64,000 nucleotides of DNA from Hamiltosporidium tvaerminnensis FI-OER-3-3 (Eukaryota > Fungi > Microsporidia): the NCBI GenBank assembly GCA_022605425.2, contig CM061248.1, forward strand, positions 806,001 to 870,000, given 5' to 3'. The notes beneath the pieces are model-generated. The model saw only the letters and a list, made by a program, of their open reading frames with translations. It made no database searches and was not told the origin of the DNA. The position numbers were made by a program, and so were the translations under genes. Below, in pieces: positions 12,871-26,047 of this stretch. Numbering within the stretch: the stretch's first letter is position 1; each line of letters starts with the position of its first letter.

Positions 12871-15113
12871 TTTAAATACGAATGATCTAAAATCATTGTT
12901 AAAACAGATTCTAATTATGCAAGCAAGGTAAGATTTTTACTTTCTACACATCTTCATAGTCATATTGAAGCAGAAAGCAATGCAACGGGAAAGTGTAGAA
13001 AAATGCGGCGAGTTAGGTAAAAAAAAATATCAATGAAATTTATTGAACAGGCTAAGATTGACCAAAATAACATATTTTGAGACGAATTAAGTAATTCGGA
13101 AAAAAATACGCTTAAACCTAAGAAAGAAGTTATAGATTTGGTTATATGCTTAAGTAATTAGGATATATGATGGATTTTGATTAATTATATAAATTTTGCT
13201 TCTAAAACTGAGATTTAATTTTGATATCATTGAAAAAAAAGCTGTCAAGGCTGCAAACGTGTTTAAAATCCTATTTTCTTTGATGTGCGCTTGGTATATT
13301 ACGAACAGAAAATGGAAGAAAGTTTATAAACGAACAAGATTGAATATGTATACTATGAGTTTTCATTTATTACTAAAATGGCAATACATTCATACCACCA
13401 AGGGCATGTGAAGAGATTCTAATTAAACAATTATATGCAAGCTTGCAATTTTTTTGAGAAATGTGGATTGATTTGTAGAAAAGAATCGGACAAAGCTACA
13501 CGCACACTGAGAAGATCAGTTAAAAAACTCTAATATAGGTATTATAAGGCATATGAGATAAACACTTCAATACTAAGTAGATACAATCAGTAAAGGGCAT
13601 TCATGTATTTCTAAAGTAAAAGAATATCTGGAAAATACAAATAAACTATTATAATGCCATTTAATTAAGACCAAGTCGATATTGAGCATGCGATATCTAG
13701 TAAAATCGAAATTTTCTAAGGCCTTACTTTAATATTGTAGCAAATATATAGATCATACGAAAAATGATGTGTATGCAAGATTTTTCTTAAAATATTCATC
13801 TGGTTATTAATACTACTAAGGGGCGTTTTCGATTAAAATTAAAAGACGAAAATAGAAGGCAAAATAGTAAGCTTTAATAAGATAAAAGTTAGGAAATCTG
13901 TTATAAGATGTGTTAGGAATGGCTTTCTAATAAAATTTGCTACAGCAAAAAATATTTTTTTTAGATTGCATAAAATGTATGGTTGTGACGAATTATTCAA
14001 TCTGAATATCAAAATGAATCGTTAAAATCTTATTTATTAAAAACCCTGATTTTTCTTTAGTATTAGTATTTCTTATCACCTTTCTATTTCAATTTCTTAA
14101 TAACTGCTTTTCTTTTTTTAACTTGTTTGCATTTCTTAACATATAAAAACTTATAAATCAAGAAAATAAGACACCATAGAATAGCTTCAGAAAAGAATTT
14201 ATGTCCAATATTTGATTTAAACATGTAGAATTGTTTTAATCTATATTTTTTAACTTTATATGCGAATAATTTTTTGTGATTTTTAATAGGTTTGACAATA
14301 AATATAGGTCTGTGGGGTAAATTTTTTTAAACGAGAATATACTCATTCACTGCTTAATTTGAGCTCTTTTTTGTCTTTGATTTTTAATCTAACTGTACAA
14401 GTTATGCAGCTGATAAATTAAAAAATATTTTACAGAGCGTAGCCTTAAATGTGTGTTTGAGTGTTTTATAAAACGATTTTTTTCCTAAAAATGCATTTCC
14501 AGAACTCTTTAAACGTAAAAAAATAAAAATTCGTGTTAAAAACCAAGTTACAGTTATTAGAATATATTATAAATCGACCTGTATAGGCCTTAAACCCATT
14601 TCAAAAATTTCCGTAGAATAAAAATGCAATTAGATTCAGCTAATGATTTTTTTTATATTTATGATGCAAAATATATATACCATAGCTCGAATAACAGAAT
14701 TTAATAATTTAATGAATATTTACTTAAGATATTGAGTTAAAAAAGTATAAGAAATTCTTTTATGTTAATTTCACCAGAGACTCTTTTGCACCTAGGCAAG
14801 ATTTTAACTTGACGGGTGTAATAGAATCAACTGGATTCTTCGAAATCTTAGACATATTATCTAATTTAAGTCATTGGCAATTTGATATGTAAGAAACCTA
14901 GTCGAAAATTAAATGTCGTTTATAAATGCTAAGAGTATAAGGGGGGTTTTAACATTATAGAATAAATAAAATGTTTAACTTGATTTTGTTTATTGGATCC
15001 CTAACAATTTAAAGTGTTTCGAATTATATAATTCTAAACTTTAACCTCAAGCCTTTACACAACTAGAGTACAGTAACGTAATTACATAATTTCTATAAAT
15101 ATGATTATTTCAT

Positions 15114-15848
15114 TGTTCAGTGGTGGAGGGAGAATCACTACATAAAAAACTTTCTGCTTGGCAATGAGTGTGTAAAACTGGTGTGAAGATCATTGTTTGG
15201 ATTTTTGGTGGAAATACAACCACACTACATCTTCGGTTGTTCCATGGGAGTTGTTATGAAGAGGAGAGTTCTAAGAAAAGGAGAAACTTTTTCTACAAAT
15301 TTATTTGTAGTTTTTTATGTAACCAGATTGCAGACCGCGGCTGAACATGTAGGTAATTGCCATATAAAAGCATGGAAATCTAGCCTTGCTCACTCGGGTT
15401 AGAAGACTTAGCGCCTGGGAGATATAAAAATAAAACCATTTAAAGCTGGGTGAGCTAAGTAGCAGGTTATACCTGTTGGTATGACATTGCACTGTCTAGG
15501 TTGACCCCATGTAAATCTCTGAAATATATCTTAGCTAGAAGTTTATTGGGCTAAGAAATTTAAAGTAAGTGGGAATGCTGCATAGTCTTGGGGGAGCCCA
15601 GGTGGGGCTTCGGGCTCTGATCACACTCCATGCAACGGACATTAACGAAATCCGGGCAACTGCCTCGCCTATTAATTAGGTTCTACACACCTGGTAGATG
15701 GTAGGCTTTGGGACGTAGGTATCGGAGGGGTTACTGATGAGTATTGAGGTAACAGTTATTTATGTTAAACCTAGAACTGCGTTAATGTCATGAAAACAAA
15801 TATAACACTTGCTACTATTGTAAAAAGATGTGATATTTTTAAATAAAG
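15114..15848 (+). mobile_element. 735-bp GC-richer non-coding insertion (SINE-like / structured RNA retrocopy), allele alpha
   Basis: Perfect 6-bp TSD TTTCAT (15108-15113, 15849-15854); absent from paralogue A; ends AAATAAAG; multiple internal stems; strand inferred. Confidence 0.7.
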
Positions 15849-16266
15849 TTTCATAAGTCAGAATTTTTAATTATATGAAAATGATTCGCTATTTCTTATA
15901 GTCCCTAGTGTTATAATTACTCTATAGAAAAATTTCAAAGCGATTATAGACCATGGATTACGGCCATAAACAGAAAAAAATATATTTAAACAGTAGAGAA
16001 CTCAAAACCGATACATCAGAATCAAAAAAATATTTAATGGTTAAATATTAGAAAAATTTAGAGTTTATGTCTTACTTCTATTTATACATCAATAATAAGG
16101 GTAATATAATGTAATTTATAAGTTAAAAAACAAATAATTTCTTGATATTTGAGATAAAGTAGCATTTTCTGATCTCTAAGCCTTGAAAGTCGAAAATTAT
16201 ATATGACATAAATAAATTACCTTGCTGTAATTAAAAAAATTACTTTTAAGAAATTTTTATCTAAAA

Positions 16267-16906
16267 ACTTAACATTTTAATTTTTAAAAAAGTTTGTTTA
16301 AAATATAAAATAATAGACGATAAACAAATAGGATTATTCTTTTGTTTAATTTGGTATGTATAAACCATCTAATTTGTTATTTAGATAAGAAATTCTGAAA
16401 CAAGTTTTAAAAAAATATTATATAAACAGACGTAATATTGTTTGTTATGAAAACATTCCTTACATCATTCTTTCAATTTCTCTTGCTGATTATACTTGAC
16501 AAATATGACATAGAATTTATGAATATTATTACACAAAAAACCTCATCACATCTTCTGATAAATCATTCTAATAGATCAATAAGCATTTTCAAGATTATAT
16601 TGATATTAAATATATTAAATGACTTTTCGAAATTTTTACTCCCGAATAGAAGAAATGTAGTACTAAATTTCTTTGATAAATATTCGAATTATGGCAAAAA
16701 TGTACATATTTGTATATTTAAGTATCCAGAAAAACATGATAATAGCAAAAATTTGTTACCGAAAAATGAGAATGACGAGTTGGATGTATAATTTTTGGGG
16801 CTGGACAACCCCTTAAAATTGTCCCTATTAACACAAAAAATCCTTTAGAGAATTAATGCAGATAAAAATCATTTAAAGAACAGTGAAGAGGATTTAATAA
16901 AAAAAA
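16267..16906 (+). repeat. R4 core unit
   Basis: Same block, + orientation. Confidence 0.9.
16438..16791 (+). CDS. R-ORF variant
   Basis: ORF track. Confidence 0.35.
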   Translation: MFVMKTFLTSFFQFLLLIILDKYDIEFMNIITQKTSSHLLINHSNRSISIFKIILILNILNDFSKFLLPNRRNVVLNFFDKYSNYGKNVHICIFKYPEKHDNSKNLLPKNENDELDV

Positions 16907-19502
16907 TTTAAAAAAAATTTAAAGTTTTATTTGTTTCTCTTTTAAAAATCTATCATAAATTTTATTCTAGGCTTGGTTTTATCTCGCCTTTGCTTTGTTT
17001 CCAATGCTTTCTTTTTCGTTTAAAATATTTTTTTTTAATATTACGTGATTCTATTTCTCACGAATATTTAGATATATATTTTTTCATAATTAATTTATGA
17101 TTATAAAATATCTTTTTAATTCTGCTTTTTATTGATTATTATTCAAATGAGTATATTATAGTGTTTTTTTTGTATGATTATTTTAATTATAATAATTTGT
17201 CCCATATTGACTTCCGAGAGCAATATTTAGCGCCTCGCATTTTTTAATTGATTAATTAAAATGTATAACTGTAGTTTTGCGTTCTTTGGTTAAATATATG
17301 TTTATATCCATACGTATATGTACATACTTTAAATTGTCTTTATGTGAATGTGTAAAAAATTGCATACTATGTTTTTAAATATTAGATTCTTTCCGTTTAA
17401 TGAAATAAAATATTGATGTTTTAATTGACGAAATGTATAACCTTTGGTTTTCTTTGATCGACTATATTTAGAAGTTATTTAGAGTTATTTAGAGAGCAAT
17501 AGATATTTGAATTCAAAGTCTTTTAAAAAAAATATCGTTATATATTGATAATTTTATATCAGATTATAGTTTGGGATTAACTATCACTAAAATTTATGTA
17601 ATTAGAGTATTTCTGAATAAATTAACTTAAATTCTTTTTGAAAGTGAAAATTTTATTTTTAAAAATGAGAAGCTTTATGATTACCGGTTTTGGTAGTAAA
17701 GTAGCGAATTTTTTCAGAATAAGGCGCTTATAAGTCGATTAAAACGGTTTTTAATGTATCTTTTAAATTTACACCCTTTTCGTCTCGAATACATATATTT
17801 TAGAATTTAAACGGGTCTCTAGTTACTGTCTTCGATATTCTCTTATATAGGAATCTAACAGAGAGTAATTCTAAATAATCGGTATTTCTTTTTAAAATAA
17901 CTGATAATATTTTTTCGGTTTTCGAATTTTTATATTTGTTACAGTCTACTTTTATAATAGATATTATAAATAATCACGGATAAAATAGGCCATCGAATAA
18001 ATGGGAAATAATTTATGATAATTTATTAAAATTAGTAGTTCAAATAAATAGTGTTATGTTTCTATTAGTCGCTCCATAAGCGACAGACATTTGACAGGGC
18101 AGCTTTTAGGAATCCCGGCTCGCCAATTAGAATTTTTTTTGCTTTTTTTTTACGATCCACGTTTTTTTGGGAGTTTACAGTTGATTAAGTTTTTGATTTT
18201 TCAGGTTTAATTATTCAAAATTGTTTTAAGTTCTTTTTTTTTTTTAATTTCTTGTTATTTTTCTGACGAATAGAAATCAAAATATATAGTTGCCCTTTAG
18301 ATTATATCAACTAAAGCTTTTGAGTTTGCCTTTAAAAGGGTTTGCCTTAATAAATTTAAATACATTGCTTATTAATTTACAGAATTATTCATATTACCCA
18401 GAAAATCTGTATATTAGTATAAACCTATTTATTTTCTATATTTCACGGGTATAATATTAATAATACACAATGATTCTAATTTCCGAAACTATAAAAGCAG
18501 TTAGTATGATCTTTGGGAATATATCGTCGTTCTTTCATTCTTAATAAATTATTTTTTATATTAAAGGCTTTTATAAGAGCCATATAAATATTTAATATTA
18601 TAAATTTTTTAGACTCTGCGGTTCATATTTCATTGATTCTTTTGAAAAATTCAAGAAGGTGTTTAAATAAAGTTTTAATCCACACTTTGTGATCTTTTAA
18701 TTCATTTAATGTTAATAATATGAATATATACATAGACCACCAGTAAGCCTGAATCCTATGTATCTTATGTATTTTTCTGATTAATTGCAATCTGTATTAC
18801 TTCAAAATTTAGTTAATATCTTCTTTATTTCTTCTTCATGATAGTACCTACCCATTCTAGACCACTTTTAATCATTGATGTTGAAAATAAACAAATTTAA
18901 ATCAGAAAACTCTGTCATTGTTGAGTGGTTATGACATTCATTAGTTTATTCCTCTATCTTATAAAGTCTGTATTTTTAGTTACCCTATTTCAAAATTTCA
19001 AGTTCATCTTTTTCTCCGTCAAACTCTATACTTTTTTGTTTCATAAGTTTTAATCCGAATTCCACGAAAGGAAATTTGTTTTAAATCCAGTCCTGTGGTT
19101 AGGATTCGGGTATTTAGATCTGTTGTAATTTAGTAAAATAGAGATTGCCTCCCAGAATAAGTATGGTTTATATCCTACCAAAATGTATACAAATATTTTT
19201 ACAATAATTTTACACAATCATTACCAAGCAGCCTGTTTTTAAAGTGGTTGTTTTCTTTCCACCTAAAACATCTTAAATAAGAAAAAACAAAGTAAATTCA
19301 GAAAATACATTTTTTGAAGAAGCTAGACGAGATCTAAATTATTGATTACAATCATAGTACAAACTATAGATAAATTGTGCCATTTTACTCTAAAAAGAGT
19401 TCTCAATCATTTTAAATATAGAAAATAATTTCTTAGTACTTGTTTTTAATAAAAAAAAGTTCTAATTTAAAAAACATAAAAAATTTTAAATATATTTTTT
19501 TA
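16907..19502 (-). pseudogene. Cassette D: diverged paralogue of B lacking the solo LTR; spacer of the 18.2-kb palindrome
   Basis: gatattctcttatataggaatctaacagagagtaattctaaataatc ~ B gatattctcttttatgggaatataaaagagactgattctaaataacc; remnant MALIKAFNIKNNLLRMKERRYIPKDHTN. Confidence 0.6.
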
Positions 19503-20142
19503 AATTTTTTTATTAAATCCTATTCGCTGTTCTCTAAATCATCTTTATCTGCAGTAATTCCCAAGGATTTTTTTGTGTTAATAGGGACAATTTTAAGGGG
19601 TTGTCCAGCCCCAAAAATTATACATCCAACTCGTCATTCTCATTTTTCGGTAACAAATTTTTGCTATTATCATGTTTTTCTGGATACTTAAATATACAAA
19701 TATATACATTTTTGCCATAATTCGAATATTTATCAAAGAAATTTAGTACTACATTTCTTCTATTCGGGAGTAAAAATTTCGAAAAGTCATTAACTATATT
19801 TAATATAAATATAATCTTGAAAATGCTTATTGATCTATTATAATGATTTATCAGATGATGTGATGAAGTTTTTTCTGAAATAGTATTCATAAATTCTATG
19901 TCATATTTGTCAAGTAGAATCTGCAAGAGAAATTGAAAGAATAATGTAAGGAATGTTTTCATAACAAACAATATTACGTCTGTTTATATAATATTTTTTT
20001 AAAACTTGTTTCAGAATTTCTTATCTAAATAACAAATTAGATGGTTTATACATACAAAATTAAACAAAAGAATAATCCTATTTGTTTATCGTCTATTATT
20101 TTATATTTTAAACAAACTTTTTTAAAAATTAAAATGTTAAGT
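19503..20142 (-). repeat. R5 core unit
   Basis: Same block, - orientation. Confidence 0.9.
19618..19971 (-). CDS. R-ORF variant
   Basis: ORF track. Confidence 0.35.
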   Translation of the reverse strand: MFVMKTFLTLFFQFLLQILLDKYDIEFMNTISEKTSSHHLINHYNRSISIFKIIFILNIVNDFSKFLLPNRRNVVLNFFDKYSNYGKNVYICIFKYPEKHDNSKNLLPKNENDELDV

Positions 20143-20560
20143 TTTTAGATATAAATTTCTTAAAAGTAATTTTTTTAATTACAGAAAGGTAAATTATTTA
20201 TGTCATATATGATTTTCGACTTTCAAGGCTTAGAGATCAGAAAATGCTACTTTATCTCAAATATCAAGAAATTATTTGTTTTTTAACTTATAAATTACAT
20301 TATATTACCCTTATTATTGATGTATAAATAGAAGTAAGACATAAACTCTAAATTTTTCTAATATTTAACCATTAAATATTTTTTTGTTTCTGATGTATCG
20401 TTTTTGAGTTCTCTACTGTTTAAATATATTTTTTTCTGTTTATGGCCGTAATCCATGGTCTATAATCGCTTTGAAATTTTTCTATAGAGTAATTATAACA
20501 CTAGGGACTATAAGAAATAGCGAATCATTTTCATATAATTAAAAATTCTGACTTATGAAA

Positions 20561-21293
20561 CTTTATTTAAAAATATCACATCTTTTTACAATAGTAGCAA
20601 GTGTTATATTTGTTTTCATGACATTAACGCAGTTCTAGGTTTAACATAAATAACTGTTACCTCAATACTCATCAGTAACCCCTCCGATACCTACGTCCCA
20701 AAGCCTACCATCTACCAGGTGTGTAGAACCTAATTAATAGGCGAGGCAGTTGCCCGGATTTCGTTAATGTCTGTTGCAAGAGTGTGATCAGAGCCCGAAG
20801 CCCCACCTGGGCTCCCCCAAGACTATGCAGCATTCCCACTTACTTTAAATTTCTTAGCCCAATAAACTTCTAGCTAAGATATATTTCAGAGATTTACATG
20901 GTGTCAACCTAGACAGTGCAATGTCATACCAACAGGTATAACCTGCTACATAGCTCTCCCAGCTTTAAATGGTTTTATTTTTATATCTCCCAGGCGCTAA
21001 GTCTTCTAACCCGAGTGAGCAAGGCTAGATTTCCATGCTTTTATATGGCAATTAACTACATGTTCAGCCGCGGTCTGCAATCTGGTTACATAAAAAACTA
21101 CAAATAAATTTGTAGAAAAAGTTTCTCCTTTTCTTAGAACTCTCCTCTTCATAACAACTCCCATGGAACAACCGAGGATTTAGTGTGGTTTTATTCCCAC
21201 CAAAAATCCAAACAATGATCTCACACCAGTTTCACACACTCATTGCCAAGCAGAAAGTTTTTTATGTAGTGATTCTCCCTCCACCACTGAACA
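20561..21293 (-). mobile_element. Same element, allele beta (733 bp)
   Basis: ATGAAA duplicated at 20555-20560 and 21294-21299. Confidence 0.7.
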
Positions 21294-23537
21294 ATGAAAT
21301 AATCATATTTATAGAAATTATGTAATTACGTTACTGTACTCTAGTTGTGTAAAGGCTTGAGGTTAAAGTTTAGAATTATATAATTCGAAACACTTTAAAT
21401 TGTTAGGGATCCAATAAACAAAATCAAGTTAAACATTTTATTTATTCTATAATGTTAAAACCCCCCTTATACTCTTAGCATTTATAAACGACATTTAATT
21501 TTCGACTAGGTTTCTTACATATCAAATTGCCAATGACTTAAATTAGATAATATGTCTAAGATTTCGAAGAATCCAGTTGATTCTATTACACCCGTCAAGT
21601 TAAAATCTTGCCTAGGTGCAAAAGAGTCTCTGGTGAAATTAACATAAAAGAATTTCTTATACTTTTTTAACTCAATATCTTAAGTAAATATTCATTAAAT
21701 TATTAAATTCTGTTATTCGAGCTATGGTATATATATTTTGCATCATAAATATAAAAAAAATCATTAGCTGAATCTAATTGCATTTTTATTATACGGAAAT
21801 TTTTGAAATGGGTTTAAGGCCTATACAGGTCGATTTATAATATATTCTAATAACTGTAACTTGGTTTTTAACACGATTTTTTGTTTTTTTACGTTTAAAG
21901 AGTTCTGGAAATGCATTTTTAGGAAAAAAATCGTTTTATAAACCACTCAAACACACATTTAAGGCTACGCTCTGTAAAATATTTTTTAATTTATCAGCTG
22001 CATAACTTTTACAGTTAGATTAAAAATCAAAGACAAAAAAGAGCTCAAATTAAGCAGTGAATGAGTATATTCTCGTTTAAAAAAATTTACCCCACAGACC
22101 TATATTTATTGTCAAACCTATTAAAAATCACAAAAAATTATTCGCATATAAAGTTAAAAAATATAGATTAAAACAATTCTACATGTTTAAATCAAATATT
22201 AGACATAAATTCTTTTCTGAAGCTATTCTATGGTGTCTTATTTTCTTGATTTATAAGTTTTTATATGTTAAGAAATGCAAACAAGTTAAAAAAAGAAAAG
22301 CAGTTATTAAGAAATTGAAATAGAAAGGTGATAAGAAATACTAATACTAAAGAAAAATCAGGGTTTTTAATAAATAAGATTTTAACGATTCATTTTGATA
22401 TTCAGATTGAATAATTCGTCACAACCATACATTTTATGCAATCTAAAAAAAATATTTTTTGCTGTAGCAAATTTTATTAGAAAGCCATTCCTAACACATC
22501 TTATAACAGATTTCCTAACTTTTATCTTATTAAAGCTTACTATTTTGCCTTCTATTTTCGTCTTTTAATTTTAATCGAAAACGCCCCTTAGTAGTATTAA
22601 TAACCAGATGAATATTTTAAGAAAAATCTTGCATACACATCATTTTTCGTATGATCTATATATTTGCTACAATATTAAAGTAAGGCCTTAGAAAATTTCG
22701 ATTTTACTAGATATCGCATGCTCAATATCGACTTGGTCTTAATTAAATGGCATTATAATAGTTTATTTGTATTTTCCAGATATTCTTTTACTTTAGAAAT
22801 ACATGAATGCCCTTTACTGATTGTATCTACTTAGTATTGAAGTGTTTATCTCATATGCCTTATAATACCTATATTAGAGTTTTTTAACTGATCTTCTCAG
22901 TGTGCGTGTAGCTTTTTCCGATTCTTTTCTACAAATCAATCCACATTTCTCAAAAAAATTGCAAGCTTGCATATAATTGTTTAATAGAATCTCTTCACAT
23001 GCCCTTGGTGGTATGAATGTATTGCCATTTTAGTAATAAAAGAAAACTCATAGTATACATATTCAATCTTGTTCGTTTATAAACTTTCTTCCATTTTCTG
23101 TTCGTAATATACCAAGCGCACATCAAAGAAAATAGGATTTTAAACACGTTCGCAGCCTTGACAGCTTTTTTTTTCAATGATATCAAAATCAAAACTCAGT
23201 TTTAGGTGCAAAATTTATATAATTAATCAAAAGCCATCATATATCCTAATTACTTATGCATATAACCAAATCTATAACTTCTTTCTTAGGTATAAAGCGT
23301 ATTTTATTCCGAATTACTTAATTCGTCTCAAAATATGTTCTTTTTGTCAATCTTAGCCTGTTCAATAAATTTCCATGATATTTTTTTTTACCTAACTCGC
23401 CGCATTTTTCTACACTTTCCCGTTGCATTGCTTTCTGCTTCAATATGACTATGAAGATGTGTAGAAAGTAAAAATCTTACCTTGCTTGCATAATTAGAAT
23501 CTGTTTTAACAATGATTTTAGATCATTCGTATTTAAA

Positions 23538-23776
23538 CGCAGTATTTTACTACATAAAAATAGATTATTGTATTTTCTAATTAAACATAAAATTATATTT
23601 TATTTAACCTGATGTTAGATGAAAGAAATGAACGGAAGAGCTGGAATATTCCCCAAATAAAACCCTTTATACAAAAAATTCTTTATATTCAAGGGTTGCC
23701 AAACTTTTTATTCTAAAAGATAGGGCCTGTCTATCAAAGATAGCTTTTAACCGGGGTTTCAAGAGAGGGTACGACA
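23538..23776 (-). mobile_element. Solo LTR copy in C'
   Basis: Reverse complement of 12632-12870. Confidence 0.6.
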
Positions 23777-25407
23777 ATATCTTGCCAGTTTCTATACGTA
23801 AATCAGCTGCTCTTTTTTAAAACCCCATTTTCTGTTGCGGCTCATTTTGAAAGGCAAATTACTATAATTTTAAGTCTACTGATTATATATTTGTCATAAT
23901 TCATTTTGTAGTGTTAAAAATATAATATATTTTTTCCCGCAAAAATTAAAGTTGGCAAAAAAATAGAAACTTTCAGTATAAGAAAGCTTAGTATAAAAGC
24001 ATTATCTACTTAATAATTTTTATTCCGTGTGTAATTTGGTTGTGAAACGCGAATGGGTTCCTAATGATTTTGATAATGATCAACAGGAACCTTCTAAAAA
24101 TTCAAAATTCCAAACAATATGTTAGATTTTTTAATCATATAATACCTCCGTCGCAAATAATTCTTGTCTTGCATTTCTTGAATAAAATTAAAGAATTTGT
24201 TTTCTGCTTACTTAGATAAAGATTTAATTACATGCAAATATTTATAATCTTTTTTTCATATTAACTTATTTCGATTTCTATATTTAATAGCCTCAACCGG
24301 TATATTATCAAAACATTATACACCAAAAAGTTTATATGTGGTTATTCAACATATAAAACTCTCTTTTTGCAAAACCGTATAATATAAAATCATTTTACAA
24401 AATTTGGCAAAATTAACTTATTGAAATAATTATTTTCGTTTTTAAGCAAATTTTATAATTCTTGTACAGAAGTTTAAGTCATATCTAATAACTTTTCATA
24501 CTATAGATTAAATTAGAAGTCGCTAATATTGTCATTGGGATATATATTAATGATGCAAACTATCGGTTACAAAACTATAAAAATTCAATATATATTACAT
24601 ACTAGATTTAGTCAAAGAAGTTTAAATATTCAAGGTGATTTTTGAACGAGAGATAGCTGTACTTTTTTGCAGAAGTGCAAATGTAATTATACTTAACACA
24701 GCTCCTTAATTTGAAAAAAAAACAAAGTTTATGAGAAAATATAAATATTTTGCGCGTTAAAGAGTGATAATCACAAAAAAAAATAAAAATGATTTGGGTG
24801 GTTTTGTGTATATAGTATATCAAATTAGTATATAGTAAATGAAATAAAATATCTAACCAGGCTTTTGCGAATATTTAATCCTTTTAATTTACTTTATATT
24901 TTGTAAAAAGAATTCAAACTATTCCAAAAAAAATTATTTATAGGATGGAATATAATATGTTCATTTACTTAATTTCTCAACTATGGTTTCTAAAAAAGCA
25001 GAATTTCATAGTTAAATGAAAAATTTTACGGTATCATATAAGTTACCTAGTATGATATATAGTTTATTGAAAAACCCAAGAGAATTACGTGTCATAGATT
25101 ACAGAAAAAGCTAGAAAAATGTTCTTTAACAAACATAATATAACTCGAATATATTAGGTCAGAATGAAAGCAATTCAATGGTCTACTGTTAGATGCTTTC
25201 CTAAGTTTGCTCATAATTCAGAAAAACGCTAAAAAATACATAGGTAAAAATAATTAGATGAATGGATATAAACATAAATTCATTATTGAAACCTAAAATC
25301 CACCTTAGATTTTGTAGCCTAAAAATGAAAGTCGAAGATCATATTTGGCATAAATAAATTACCTTGCTGTAATTAAAAAAATTACTTTTAAGAAATTTTT
25401 ATCAAAA

Positions 25408-26047
25408 ACTTAACATTTTAATTTTTAAAAAAATTTGTTTAAAATATAAAATAATAGACGATAAACAAATAGGATTATTCTTTTGTTTAATTTTGTATGT
25501 ATAAACCATCTAATTTGTTATTTAGATAAGAAATTCTGAAACAAGTTTTAAAAAAATATTATATAAACAGACGTAATATTGTTTGTTATGAAAACATTCC
25601 TTACATCATTCTTTCAATTTCTCTTGCAGATTCTACTTGACAAATATGACATAGAATTTATGAATACTATTTCAGAAAAAACTTCATCACATCATCTGAT
25701 AAATCATTATAATAGATCAATAAGCATTTTTAAGATTATATTTATATTAAATATCTTAAATGACTTTTCGAAATTTTTACTCCCGAATAGAAGAAATGTA
25801 GTACTAAATTTCTTTGATAAATATTTAAATTATGGCAAAAATGTACATATTTGTATATTTAAATATCCAGAAAAACATGTTAATATCAAAAATTTGTTAC
25901 CGAAGTATGAGAATGACGAATTTAATATATAATTTTTGGGGCTGGACAACCCCTTAAAATTGTCCCTATTAACACAAAAAATCCTTTAGAGAATTAATGC
26001 AGATAAAAATCATTTAAAGAACAGTGAAGAGGATTTAATAAAAAAAA
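25408..26047 (+). repeat. R6 core unit
   Basis: Same block, + orientation. Confidence 0.9.
25579..25932 (+). CDS. R-ORF variant
   Basis: ORF track. Confidence 0.35.
   Translation: MFVMKTFLTSFFQFLLQILLDKYDIEFMNTISEKTSSHHLINHYNRSISIFKIIFILNILNDFSKFLLPNRRNVVLNFFDKYLNYGKNVHICIFKYPEKHVNIKNLLPKYENDEFNI

Larger units (their letters stand above)
11000..16266. pseudogene. Cassette C: diverged paralogue of A' plus two insertions (solo LTR, 735-bp element)
   Basis: Colinear with A' on both sides of each insertion; the ~960-bp length excess is about the size of the two inserts. Confidence 0.6.
20143..25407. pseudogene. Cassette C' (inverted C)
   Basis: Reverse complement of 11000-16266 with scattered substitutions. 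Confidence 0.6.

Noticed and set aside
15590-15700. HDV-like ribozyme (CCTCGC resembling L3)
   Set aside because: Could not build P3 and P1 pairings around the motif by eye; needs a descriptor search.
15730-15830. Hammerhead ribozyme core (CTGATGA ... GAAA) in the 735-bp element
   Set aside because: No G-C-closed stem II before GAAA and no stem I partner after the putative cleavage site; GTTAC/GTAAC closes a simple hairpin instead.
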